Origin: a virus
Taxonomy: Duplodnaviria; Heunggongvirae; Uroviricota; Caudoviricetes
IMG/VR virus record: IMGVR_UViG_2548877009_000014
Direction: 5' to 3' (one strand)
DNA: 22,726 nucleotides
The translations under genes were made by a program, and so were the position numbers. Below are positions 8,504 through 16,692 of the stretch, one piece after another. The notes beneath the pieces were generated by a model. That model did no database searches and had not been told where the DNA came from. It was given only the letters and a program-made list of their open reading frames with translations. Positions within the stretch are counted from its first letter, which is position 1. Every line of letters starts with the position of its first letter.

Positions 8504-10339
8504 TTACCTGCCAAAGCGCGTATAGCCAACATCATGGCTGACATCAAAACCGCTGGTTCGCGTTTCCATAACCCGCATACCCGGAGGCGAATTCACAAAA
8601 GAGACCTTGATCTCACCATCAACTTTTGGCGCAGAAGCTTTGTTAATCATGAAGGGATTCGGGCCTGTGGCATCGGAGGCGTTGTTTGACTGAGCCAGAT
8701 CTACCGCCGGATAAGGAGTGTATCCCCGTGCCGGTATTCCCGTCCCATAAGCATCATAAGCACCCGCGCCCCACTGCGCCGAGTTAATGGTATCGACCGT
8801 GTCACCGGAACTGTCGGTAAACCATTCAATAATCGGCTTCAGCTTGTCCCACATATCCTGAAACCACTTAACAACCGGCCCCCAGTTATTGATCACCATC
8901 CCCAGCGGCGACCAGGCAAAAACTTTCTTAAGGAGTTCCCAGCCAGCCTCAAAATAAGGACCAATGGTTTCCCAGAGTTTCTTAAAATAAGGTCCGACAA
9001 CATCCCAGTTAGTGATAATTAATCCCGCAGCCAGGGCTATCGCCGTCGCAATCATGCCAATCGGCGTCATCGACATGATCCTGCTGACAATACTGATGGC
9101 ACTGCCCACGCCCATCAATCCCAGCTTCAGAATCGCAAGACCGGCAGCAAGCCCGACGACGCCGCGAATAACCCGGGGATTTTCATCCGCAAACTTTGTG
9201 AATTTTTCCCCTAACTCCCCCAGCCATTGCGTGATATTTTTAGCGTCACCAGAAAATGCGCCGCCAATAGCTGCAAGACCGTTAGTTGCGGTCCCCGTCA
9301 TTGCCTCCCACAGGTTGGACAGCGTACCAAGCTGAGCCTGAACACGTTTATTCAGGCTGGCCTGTTTATTCATCTTCTGCTGGATCTGATCGTAGCCATC
9401 CTTTCCTTTATCGATCAGGGCATTGACCACCTGAAGGGTTTCGGCATCATCACCAAATATTGCCTTAAGTACGCCTGTTCGCTTAACGTCGGTCAGTTTT
9501 CGCAACTTTGCCAGTTGCCTGAACATGTTATCAAGACCGCCAAAACTCCCTTTGCCATCAGTAAAATCGAGTTGTATCCCGAGTTTCTGGCGGGCCATGA
9601 CTTTATTGACGTCCCTAATTTTCTTAACGCTTAATCCGGACTGGATAACTTTTCGCAGGGCATTACCTGCCGACTCCCCGTTCATCCCCATCTGATCCAT
9701 CATGACACTGATGGGGGCAAGACTCTGTGCAGCCTGAAGACCGTCCTTATTCACCATCTTCAGAACAGAGCTGGTTTTAGTGAAGAATGACAGCATGTTG
9801 GTGTCGTCAACGCCCAGATAAAACGCCTTCTGAATTGTGTCGAACAGCCCCATCATGTCTTCTGAGGCCGTTCCGGTAGCATCCTGCATCTTTGCTGCAA
9901 ACTCGGCAGCCGCTTCCGGTGTTTTTTTCAGTTGTACCGCAAGATAAGCTGTCGCTTTACCCACACCACCCAGAATGTTTTCTGCCGGGATCCCCTGACG
10001 CACCAGCATCTGCATCATGTTCTGGAAATCAGCCGTTGTACCGGGTAGCTGGTTACCCAGGCCAATAGCCAGTTTATTGATGTCCTGAAAGCTCTTTCCA
10101 ACCTCGCCGTTCGCATCCATCATGGCGACTTTCAGCCCGGTAGCGGCGTTTTCCTGATCGGCATAAGATTTCAGGGAAAGCGTCAGCCCCGCTGCCAATC
10201 CGCCACCAAGCGCCAGCCCACCCTGTGACGCTTCTTCCGCCTGGCGTTTAAATCCCCGGATTTTCTTTTGCATTTTCGACAGCGCGGGAGAAAGCCTGTC
10301 GACACCGGTGATCAACGCCTTAAGCTCAAATTCAGCCAT
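8504..10339 (-). CDS. Tail tape measure protein
   Basis: 611-aa ORF with alanine/glycine-rich and hydrophobic central segments; positioned after the tail chaperone pair as in all long-tailed phages. Confidence 0.9.
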   Translation of the reverse strand: MAEFELKALITGVDRLSPALSKMQKKIRGFKRQAEEASQGGLALGGGLAAGLTLSLKSYADQENAATGLKVAMMDANGEVGKSFQDINKLAIGLGNQLPGTTADFQNMMQMLVRQGIPAENILGGVGKATAYLAVQLKKTPEAAAEFAAKMQDATGTASEDMMGLFDTIQKAFYLGVDDTNMLSFFTKTSSVLKMVNKDGLQAAQSLAPISVMMDQMGMNGESAGNALRKVIQSGLSVKKIRDVNKVMARQKLGIQLDFTDGKGSFGGLDNMFRQLAKLRKLTDVKRTGVLKAIFGDDAETLQVVNALIDKGKDGYDQIQQKMNKQASLNKRVQAQLGTLSNLWEAMTGTATNGLAAIGGAFSGDAKNITQWLGELGEKFTKFADENPRVIRGVVGLAAGLAILKLGLMGVGSAISIVSRIMSMTPIGMIATAIALAAGLIITNWDVVGPYFKKLWETIGPYFEAGWELLKKVFAWSPLGMVINNWGPVVKWFQDMWDKLKPIIEWFTDSSGDTVDTINSAQWGAGAYDAYGTGIPARGYTPYPAVDLAQSNNASDATGPNPFMINKASAPKVDGEIKVSFVNSPPGMRVMETRTSGFDVSHDVGYTRFGR

Positions 10340-10750
10340 GTGTGCGTTTCTCCTGCTCTATCCTGTTTGCCTGACTGACCAGCAAGGGAATTTCACTGAT
10401 CGGCATATTCAGCAATTCGAAGGGATTAATGCGCCAGTAGCTGGCGCAGTCAAAGAAGCGATCAGTGAGGTATTCAGCCGTCAGGCCTGGAGGAAAAAAC
10501 CAGCCACAAGCCACGCCGCTGCATTCAGGTCTGCCGGAGACATCTGGTCGACAGAGCTTTGCGGCACTTTCGCCAGCCGCACAATGTATTTCGACACCAC
10601 ATGCGCCAGAAGTCTGACGGACTCATCCTGATTCATCTGGTAGGGATACCCCAGCTCGCGGACATCCTTCCCGGTGGGTTCATCAAACTCCAGTACGGAG
10701 AGTGTCTCACCATGAGCGATAATCGGTTTCTTTAACTCAAGCTCTTTCAT
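10332..10750 (-). CDS. Tail assembly chaperone frameshift fusion product (GT / E+E' analogue) made by a -1 programmed ribosomal frameshift
   Basis: The -1 frame ORF (10332..10514) overlaps the 3' end of the chaperone ORF. Zero-frame codons GGT TTT TTC (G F F) contain the heptamer T TTT TTC; the -1 frame continues ...FFPPGLTAEYL... and stops at 10332, overlapping the tape-measure start. Confidence 0.6.
10481..10750 (-). CDS. Tail assembly chaperone (lambda G / P2 E / Mu gp41 analogue), zero-frame product
   Basis: 89-aa ORF between tube and tape measure genes; TAATG overlap with the tube gene; ends 12 nt after a T_TTT_TTC slippery heptamer. Confidence 0.8.
   Translation of the reverse strand: MKELELKKPIIAHGETLSVLEFDEPTGKDVRELGYPYQMNQDESVRLLAHVVSKYIVRLAKVPQSSVDQMSPADLNAAAWLVAGFFLQA
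10493..10499 (-). other. Slippery heptanucleotide T_TTT_TTC for -1 programmed frameshifting
   Basis: Read directly from the sequence; fits the X_XXY_YYZ rule in the zero frame of the chaperone gene. Confidence 0.6.
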
Positions 10751-11106
10751 TACTGGTAATCCCCTTCTTCACCGTGGAACTCAAGATCAACCGTGCCTTC
10801 TTCGGCATTATGGTTCGCTTCGCCGTGCAGCCAGGCAGACGACAGTACATAGACCTGACCGTTCGCCAGCTCGGCAGTGATGGTCATCTCATCAGACGAG
10901 GTGATTTTGCTCACCGGAAAATTCTTCGGCACCTTGAAGGTTCCTTTGACATAAGGCGCGCGGTGAGTTTCCTTGCGGTCCACTGAACCATCCAGACCGA
11001 TGATGTCATCGTTAACCGTCCTGTTCATGGGCACCTCAATGCCGCCGGTCAGCGATAGCTGCTGACCGTCAATTTTGAAATAACAGGTTCCCCCGATACG
11101 GGCCAT
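10750..11106 (-). CDS. Tail tube protein (Mu gp40 / M-like)
   Basis: 118-aa ORF directly after the sheath gene with TAATG overlap; size and position characteristic of contractile-tail tube proteins. Confidence 0.85.
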   Translation of the reverse strand: MARIGGTCYFKIDGQQLSLTGGIEVPMNRTVNDDIIGLDGSVDRKETHRAPYVKGTFKVPKNFPVSKITSSDEMTITAELANGQVYVLSSAWLHGEANHNAEEGTVDLEFHGEEGDYQ

Positions 11107-12602
11107 TATGCAGACTCCTCTGAATACTGAAGACGGAACTGGTTAACCACGGCAAAGACACGCAACTGGTTAACATAGTCAGGCGGGAACAGCGTGTTCA
11201 GGCGGTTCGGATCGCTGGCATCACGCTCCACAACCAGGTACTGCTTGAACAGTTCGTAGTTTTCCACGATCCCCGCACGCTCGAGCTGACGGTAGGTTGC
11301 CAGCAGTTCCCCTTTGATCACCGCCGGGGTGACAATCGCCTGACCGGGACCAAAGCGGGTACCGTCACTGGCAAGCTTGTGACGCCCGTACTTACTGGTA
11401 ATGACGGATTTCAGTTTGCGCAGTACATACGCGCTGGTATGCAGCGTCTCGCTGTCGAGGTAGCTGTTATCCGCAACCCCGTAAGCGTTTTTCCTGTACG
11501 TGGTGACATCACGCTGAATGCGCAGCACCCCGCTTTCGACATACGCCGTTGCCACGCCATGAGACAGCAGGGTCTGCTGCTCGGTCATCGTGAACCGTTT
11601 CCCCTTCGGCGCAGGCAGCATACCCACCAGCTCACCGGTCTGCGTGGGACGTGCCGGATCGTTGCGGATAAACACCGCTGCGCGGGCGGTACGGCTTGCC
11701 GCCAGCTCGTCGGCAGGCGTCTGGGCCTCTTTTTCGTACCCCGCCAGGGTGATGTGCTGCTGGTTAAACTGGTCACCTGCGTTCACCAGTTCTGACAGTG
11801 TGCCGGTCTTTGCCGTATACACATGACCATACAGCTGACGCGCATAGCTCCAGCGACCGCTGGTATCGTTCATCTCGGTCACCAGCGTGTTAACGGAGGC
11901 CGTGTCGTTGAACGGCAGACCGATATAATCAAACGGCTCATCCGCCATTGCAGCCACCGCGCCGGTGAGAACCGGAGCGCCCGTTCCGGCGGTCCCCGTC
12001 GCCACGGCAATCTGTACGCCCGCTGGCAGCACTTCGCCCCCACCGAAGCCGTAGTAATTGAGGCTGACAGGAATTTCATTCCCGCAAAGCCCCTTATGAC
12101 GCGCGGTCAGCGTGACAACACCAGCCGAAGATGAAGCTGTAAACGGCAGAGTCGGAACGGCATTGATGGCATCTTTGATACTGCTGGCAATCGTCGTGAC
12201 GTTATCGCCGTTGGTCACCGGAGCCTGCACGCGGGTACGTCCCACATAGACATTCACCGTGCCGCTTTCGGTTGCTTCCCCGGTCACCGTCAGCGTAACC
12301 GTTGCCGCCGCGCCTGTGGCTTCCGGAACGGCAATCACATACAGCTCACCAAACGGGTCGGTCTGGCGATAAGCCTCGACCATACGCGCCAGCTGACTTC
12401 CCGTACCACAAATCTGGCGTGCATAGTCTGCCGACGGCATCAGTACCAGACTGTTGGCAACAATCTCTGCACCGTTATTGGCATGACCAATCAGCAGCGA
12501 TGCTCCGCTGTCCTGTGCAGTATTCGCCGCCTGATTATCCATTTCCGCATAAAACAGCGGAACCAGCGTATTCGACGGAATGGTGTTAAAGCTTATCGTC
12601 AT
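11106..12602 (-). CDS. Tail sheath protein (Mu gp39 / L-like)
   Basis: 498-aa ORF; order sheath-tube-chaperone-tape measure is diagnostic of a contractile tail. Confidence 0.9.
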   Translation of the reverse strand: MTISFNTIPSNTLVPLFYAEMDNQAANTAQDSGASLLIGHANNGAEIVANSLVLMPSADYARQICGTGSQLARMVEAYRQTDPFGELYVIAVPEATGAAATVTLTVTGEATESGTVNVYVGRTRVQAPVTNGDNVTTIASSIKDAINAVPTLPFTASSSAGVVTLTARHKGLCGNEIPVSLNYYGFGGGEVLPAGVQIAVATGTAGTGAPVLTGAVAAMADEPFDYIGLPFNDTASVNTLVTEMNDTSGRWSYARQLYGHVYTAKTGTLSELVNAGDQFNQQHITLAGYEKEAQTPADELAASRTARAAVFIRNDPARPTQTGELVGMLPAPKGKRFTMTEQQTLLSHGVATAYVESGVLRIQRDVTTYRKNAYGVADNSYLDSETLHTSAYVLRKLKSVITSKYGRHKLASDGTRFGPGQAIVTPAVIKGELLATYRQLERAGIVENYELFKQYLVVERDASDPNRLNTLFPPDYVNQLRVFAVVNQFRLQYSEESA

Positions 12603-12756
12603 CGGTGTTCACCTTTTTATTCACGCGCCGGATATCACCCGCTACTTCACGGCGCAGCCAGTAGTTGTTCTCGTCAACATTTCGCCCTTCGGCGGGCAAA
12701 AGGTCGCCGCGGGCAGGGTCAGGAACTGACCGCCCTTTAACAGGTTTGACAAACAT
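12586..12756 (-). CDS. Small conserved protein upstream of the sheath gene (56 aa; DUF2635-like, Mu gp38 position)
   Basis: Absent from the ORF track because it is under 60 aa. ATG at 12756 with TGAGGA ribosome-binding site 5 nt upstream; its 3' end overlaps the sheath start by 17 nt. Translation MFVKPVKGRSVPDPARGDLLPAEGRNVDENNYWLRREVAGDIRRVNKKVNTDDDKL. Confidence 0.55.
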   Translation of the reverse strand: MFVKPVKGRSVPDPARGDLLPAEGRNVDENNYWLRREVAGDIRRVNKKVNTDDDKL

Positions 12757-12764
12757 GAGGATCC

Positions 12765-13325
12765 TCAGGAAGGAAGGGTTATTTCGGTGTGATGTTCGAT
12801 ATCGCCGTCAGGCCCGTTACCGGGCTCGAGATAATCAACATCAATCGCCAGCGTTTGCAGTTCATCCAGACTGTTCAGATCATCCTGCTGGCGGGTATCG
12901 TCTTCAGTCAGCTCGCTGATGACCGAAAAATCGAACTGATAAATCAGCTCATGACGATTCAGATCCAGCAGCGTGCCGCCGTCATAGGTAATCGGGTTAC
13001 CGCACGCTTCCGGGTTCCAGCCCAGCAGGGCCTTAAAGAGCATCTGCCGGACATCGTCCACCACATCATACGAGGCAAACTGACCGCGCTCATCACGCCC
13101 GTTACTCAGTATGACAACCACGGAGAAGCCCTCTTTCAGCTCCTGCCAGTAGTCGGTCTGGCTTTTGTTTTCTCCCGGAGAGTCATCACCCGGTACCACA
13201 TACGCCGCCGGGAGTCTCAGCTTTCCGACCTCCGGCAGATTTTTGAACTGTGCCGCGCCTGCCACCCGGTTTTCAAAATACGGGCAGCGGGCACGCAGCG
13301 CAGCAATAACAGGCGTCAGTTTCAT
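12765..13325 (-). CDS. Virion / tail-completion-like protein (Mu gp37-like)
   Basis: 186-aa ORF in the head-tail junction block with ATGA overlap to the upstream gene. Confidence 0.65.
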   Translation of the reverse strand: MKLTPVIAALRARCPYFENRVAGAAQFKNLPEVGKLRLPAAYVVPGDDSPGENKSQTDYWQELKEGFSVVVILSNGRDERGQFASYDVVDDVRQMLFKALLGWNPEACGNPITYDGGTLLDLNRHELIYQFDFSVISELTEDDTRQQDDLNSLDELQTLAIDVDYLEPGNGPDGDIEHHTEITLPS

Positions 13326-13828
13326 CTGTGTCGTCGCTCCGGCTTCAGTGATTTACGCAATTCCCGCGCCAGAAAATAGCGTGTCCAGCTGCGGTTCTTT
13401 TCAAGAGTTTCCACCATGAAGTTATTACGTGGAGCCAGTCGCCAGCCGCTGCCACCGGATGCACCACGATGATGACTACGACGACGTTTTGCTCCTCCCC
13501 GGACACCAAAAAACAGAAATGCCGGATAGAAGTCACCAGAGATCATCCGGTTCCCCTTCCCGTTGCGCTGGTTAGGGGCAATGCGTGTCATAAAACCGGC
13601 TCGCTTTTTACTGGCTCTCGGCACCATATAACCAATCGAACGAGCCAGGCGTCCGGTCTGATAACCGGGGTTTTCACCTGGTGCCGACCGCGCACGGCGC
13701 ATCACCAGCCGACGGGCATCACGCATATGACGCTGCCCAATCGTGACAAACGCCCGCCGGACACGGGCGCGGTTAAAGCGCATCTCGGCGGGCTGCTGAA
13801 CATCAACGTGAAAAAAGGGAGTCGCCAT
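13322..13828 (-). CDS. Arginine-rich head-tail joining protein (HK97 gp10-family-like)
   Basis: 168-aa strongly basic ORF; position after the head closure gene. Confidence 0.65.
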   Translation of the reverse strand: MATPFFHVDVQQPAEMRFNRARVRRAFVTIGQRHMRDARRLVMRRARSAPGENPGYQTGRLARSIGYMVPRASKKRAGFMTRIAPNQRNGKGNRMISGDFYPAFLFFGVRGGAKRRRSHHRGASGGSGWRLAPRNNFMVETLEKNRSWTRYFLARELRKSLKPERRHR

Positions 13829-14213
13829 TGCTGCCTCCGTGACTCTGCCTACATTCGCCCAGCTCCGTACACTCCAGCAGCAGAAAGCGCCGCGCCCCGT
13901 TCAGATCACGCTGACGTTTCACCCGGTACACACTGTCATCACAGACCACCTCATAATCAGCAGTGATCCCCCGGCGGTAACGAATGGTGATGTAATGGGT
14001 GATGGCGTCCCCGGTCTGCGCGGTTTCCTGCCAGGTGGTGGCACTGGTCTGGATAACCTTCGCCCATGTCCGGAACGTAACCGGGTATTGAGGCTCCACG
14101 CCAAAGTTATCCGCGGGCATATCCACCCGCTGGCGGATCAGGACGCGTTTATTCAGTTCACCGGGGTCCGGCAGAATGTAGGTTGCGCTGGTCTGCGCCT
14201 GACGAATTTTCAT
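13803..14213 (-). CDS. Head closure / head-tail adaptor protein
   Basis: 136-aa ORF following the gp6-like connector gene with a 4-nt overlap. Confidence 0.7.
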   Translation of the reverse strand: MKIRQAQTSATYILPDPGELNKRVLIRQRVDMPADNFGVEPQYPVTFRTWAKVIQTSATTWQETAQTGDAITHYITIRYRRGITADYEVVCDDSVYRVKRQRDLNGARRFLLLECTELGECRQSHGGSNGDSLFSR

Positions 14214-14533
14214 TGCGGAAAGTACCTGTACGGGCCGACAAGCCAGCCAAAACTCTGCGGCATGTCGAGTTTCTCCACTTCCGTAACCGACGAGCGGTTT
14301 TCGTAAAAATGGCTGATAAGCATCAGCATCCCCAGACGAATATCATCCGGCAGGTGCAGCCCGTCCGGATCGCTGTCCGGAATGGTTTCATCCGGTGCAT
14401 AGAGCTTCCGGTTCAGATACGTTTCCGTCCGCTTTTGTGCCGCACAGGCCAGCAGTTGCAGATGGCGGTCATCAGCATCGAAATCCTCATCCAGCCGGAG
14501 TTGGGCTTTAATCTCTTCCATTGTCAGAAGCAT
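14210..14533 (-). CDS. Head-tail connector protein (gp6-like)
   Basis: 107-aa acidic ORF (MLLTMEEIKAQLRLDEDFDADDRHLQLL...) typical of gp6-family connectors. Confidence 0.7.
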   Translation of the reverse strand: MLLTMEEIKAQLRLDEDFDADDRHLQLLACAAQKRTETYLNRKLYAPDETIPDSDPDGLHLPDDIRLGMLMLISHFYENRSSVTEVEKLDMPQSFGWLVGPYRYFPQ

Positions 14534-14535
14534 AC

Positions 14536-14736
14536 TCAGCCCTCTTTACTGGTCGTGGCTTTTTTCTCTTTTGCCGCTTTACTGCTTTTTGCACTGATTC
14601 CGCGCTCTGCTAACCCGGCCTGAAGTGCAATCTCCTGCACCCGGGCAGGAAGTGCCCCGTCGTCATACTCACCGGCCCGAATGACCTCAACACGCATACC
14701 GTCCGGTGACCATTTCAGATCTTGTTTCAGGATCAT
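14536..14736 (-). CDS. Hypothetical small protein with lysine-rich C-terminus between capsid and connector genes
   Basis: 66-aa ORF that exactly fills the gap between the capsid hairpin and the connector gene; weak GGTGA ribosome-binding site. Confidence 0.5.
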   Translation of the reverse strand: MILKQDLKWSPDGMRVEVIRAGEYDDGALPARVQEIALQAGLAERGISAKSSKAAKEKKATTSKEG

Positions 14737-14760
14737 GATTCTTCACCCGTCAGAACAGGG

Positions 14761-14780
14761 GGCGCGGTTCCGCGCCCTTG
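14761..14780 (-). other. GC-rich hairpin immediately after the major capsid gene (possible partial terminator or mRNA stabiliser)
   Basis: GGGCGC-GGTTCC-GCGCCC read directly from the sequence, 5 nt after the capsid stop; no strong U-tract. Confidence 0.4.
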
Positions 14781-14785
14781 AGTGA

Positions 14786-15991
14786 TTACGCCGCTGCAAT
14801 CTTCAGCAGTTTGATGGCCTGCGAATCGACCAGCATCCCGCCGGTGCGCTTGGTGGTATAAAAACCGACAAACGGTTTATTGGTGTACGGGTCACGCAGA
14901 ATGCGGGTGCCGATACGGTCAACGATGGTGTAACCCCGTTTGAAGTTACCAAATGCAATGGCTTTCGCATCAGCGGCGATATCCGGCATCTGTTCGTTTT
15001 CAGCGATACCGTAACCCGCCAGAGAGGACGGCTGCCCCAGTTCCAGCCCCGGACGCCACAGATAGTTACCCTCGCTGTCTTTAAGCAGACGGATGGCAAA
15101 CAGGCTGTTGTTGTTCATCATGAACTTCGCGCCAGTGCGGTGTGCCTTACGCAGCGTGTAAATCAGTTTGATAATGGCGTCTGCGGTCACCGCGGTCGCT
15201 TCGCCGGATACAATATGCTGAAGTTTGCCGAACGCCCGGACCTTGTCGGTTTCATCAGTGGATTCATACGCCAGGAACCCTTTCGGCTTCTTGGTGCCAT
15301 CGCCTGAGGTAAAGGCAATTTCTTCCTGTTCGGCAAATTCGGTTGCCAGCTCGCTGTTGATCCAGGCCTCCACGTTGAAGAAGGCATCGTCCAGCATTTT
15401 CTGGGTAGCCTGCGGGTTGCCGTAAATTTCCCCCATGAGAGGTTCAATCAGCTCCAGTCTGGAGGTGGCAGTCTGGGATCGCGTATCCGTTTCCCCCACC
15501 CATCCGGAAGCCGTACCGCCCAGATTCGCCAGTTTTTTGTAGTCGGAACCGCCAACGGTGATCACCGTGGCTTCCTGACGCATCACCACTTCATCTTTCA
15601 GCAGGTTAAGAATGTTGCGATCCAGTTCTTCCGGCACGGCGTAGCCACCGTCTTCATCGGTACCCACCTGCAATGCCTTACGCTCCAGATCGCGCAGACC
15701 GTCTTCACGGCCTTTACGCAGGAAGCCCACAAACGCCTCTTTATGCTCGGTGGCCAGTTTATTTTGCGCTCCACCAGCCGGACGTTTCAGCTCAAGCAGC
15801 TCTTTTTCAAGGTCGCTTTTGAGATTTTCCAGCTCGCTGAGTTTCCCGTTCAGGGTTTCCACCTGCCCGGCAAGCTTGCCTTTTTCCTGCTCAATCGCAT
15901 CCACGCGCTTGTCGTTCTTTGCTTTGAAGTCGTCAAACTTCTGCTGCAGCTCCTGCGCGACCTGTTCGACATCTTTAATATCAACCGCCAT
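14786..15991 (-). CDS. Major capsid protein, HK97 family (with N-terminal coiled-coil delta/scaffold domain)
   Basis: 401-aa ORF; N-terminal 70 aa heptad-rich (VEQVAQELQQKFDDFKAKNDKRVDAIEQEKGKLAGQVETLNGKLSELENLKSDLEKELLELK), followed by a domain typical of HK97-fold capsid proteins; AGGAG ribosome-binding site 8 nt upstream. Confidence 0.9.
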   Translation of the reverse strand: MAVDIKDVEQVAQELQQKFDDFKAKNDKRVDAIEQEKGKLAGQVETLNGKLSELENLKSDLEKELLELKRPAGGAQNKLATEHKEAFVGFLRKGREDGLRDLERKALQVGTDEDGGYAVPEELDRNILNLLKDEVVMRQEATVITVGGSDYKKLANLGGTASGWVGETDTRSQTATSRLELIEPLMGEIYGNPQATQKMLDDAFFNVEAWINSELATEFAEQEEIAFTSGDGTKKPKGFLAYESTDETDKVRAFGKLQHIVSGEATAVTADAIIKLIYTLRKAHRTGAKFMMNNNSLFAIRLLKDSEGNYLWRPGLELGQPSSLAGYGIAENEQMPDIAADAKAIAFGNFKRGYTIVDRIGTRILRDPYTNKPFVGFYTTKRTGGMLVDSQAIKLLKIAAA

Positions 15992-16005
15992 CGTATTTCT
16001 CCTGA

Positions 16006-16692
16006 TTAGAAGTTCAGATTTTTCAGTGCATTCAGTGCAGAGCCCACATCCTCAGCGTCGCGCAGGGACAGTGCGCTATAGCCCCCGGCCATGAATGCTT
16101 TGGCCTGGGTGCGGGAGAGTCCGACATCACGCAGGACTCTTTCGATTTTTTTCTGTTCGGGGATTTCCCCGCGGGCCAGTGCGTTCTTGACGTCGCTGAT
16201 CCGCGCCTCGTCGTTAGACGGGAACGTCACCAGGCTGACTTCCCAGAGGTCGATTTCTTTCAGCAGAAAGGCTTCTTTGCTCCGGTCGTATTCCCAGTCT
16301 TTCAGGACGTACCCAATAGAAAGGCCGGTTAACGAACCGGCCTTCATGTGTGCATGTGCGCGTTTTGCGAGGGGATCATCATCAATAAGCAACCGTCCCC
16401 TGACGTAAAGCCCGACATCGTCTTCCTTCATTTCGGTGTAAACACCGATGGGTTCATCCATGCGGTGCTGCCAGAGCAGCGCAGGTAACGCTTTTCTGTC
16501 ACTCCACGCCCGCAGGGAAGCAGCAAATGCCCCGGACATCACCACATCATCGTGGCTGTCCTTTACACCAAAGACGGAGCCATACCCTTCAAACTCACCG
16601 GAGTCACTGACAGATTTCAGACTCAGCGGTACATCAAGACGTTGTTTCGTCTGCATTGGCGTTATCCTTCTGCTTACCGGCTTTACTGCCAT
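16006..16692 (-). CDS. Prohead protease, HK97 family
   Basis: 228-aa ORF; motif FEGYGSVFGVKDSHDDVVMSGAF is typical of HK97 prohead proteases. The real start may be the internal Met at 16656 (MQTKQ...). Confidence 0.85.
   Translation of the reverse strand: MAVKPVSRRITPMQTKQRLDVPLSLKSVSDSGEFEGYGSVFGVKDSHDDVVMSGAFAASLRAWSDRKALPALLWQHRMDEPIGVYTEMKEDDVGLYVRGRLLIDDDPLAKRAHAHMKAGSLTGLSIGYVLKDWEYDRSKEAFLLKEIDLWEVSLVTFPSNDEARISDVKNALARGEIPEQKKIERVLRDVGLSRTQAKAFMAGGYSALSLRDAEDVGSALNALKNLNF

Noticed and set aside
12789-13379. 196-aa + strand ORF antisense to the gp37-like gene
   Set aside because: Completely overlaps a syntenic structural gene on the - strand; GC-rich phage DNA commonly has long open antisense frames; composition is Arg/Leu/Ile-rich.
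13469-13966. 165-aa + strand ORF antisense to head-tail joining genes
   Set aside because: Overlaps two well-supported - strand genes; Arg/Pro/His-rich antisense-type composition.
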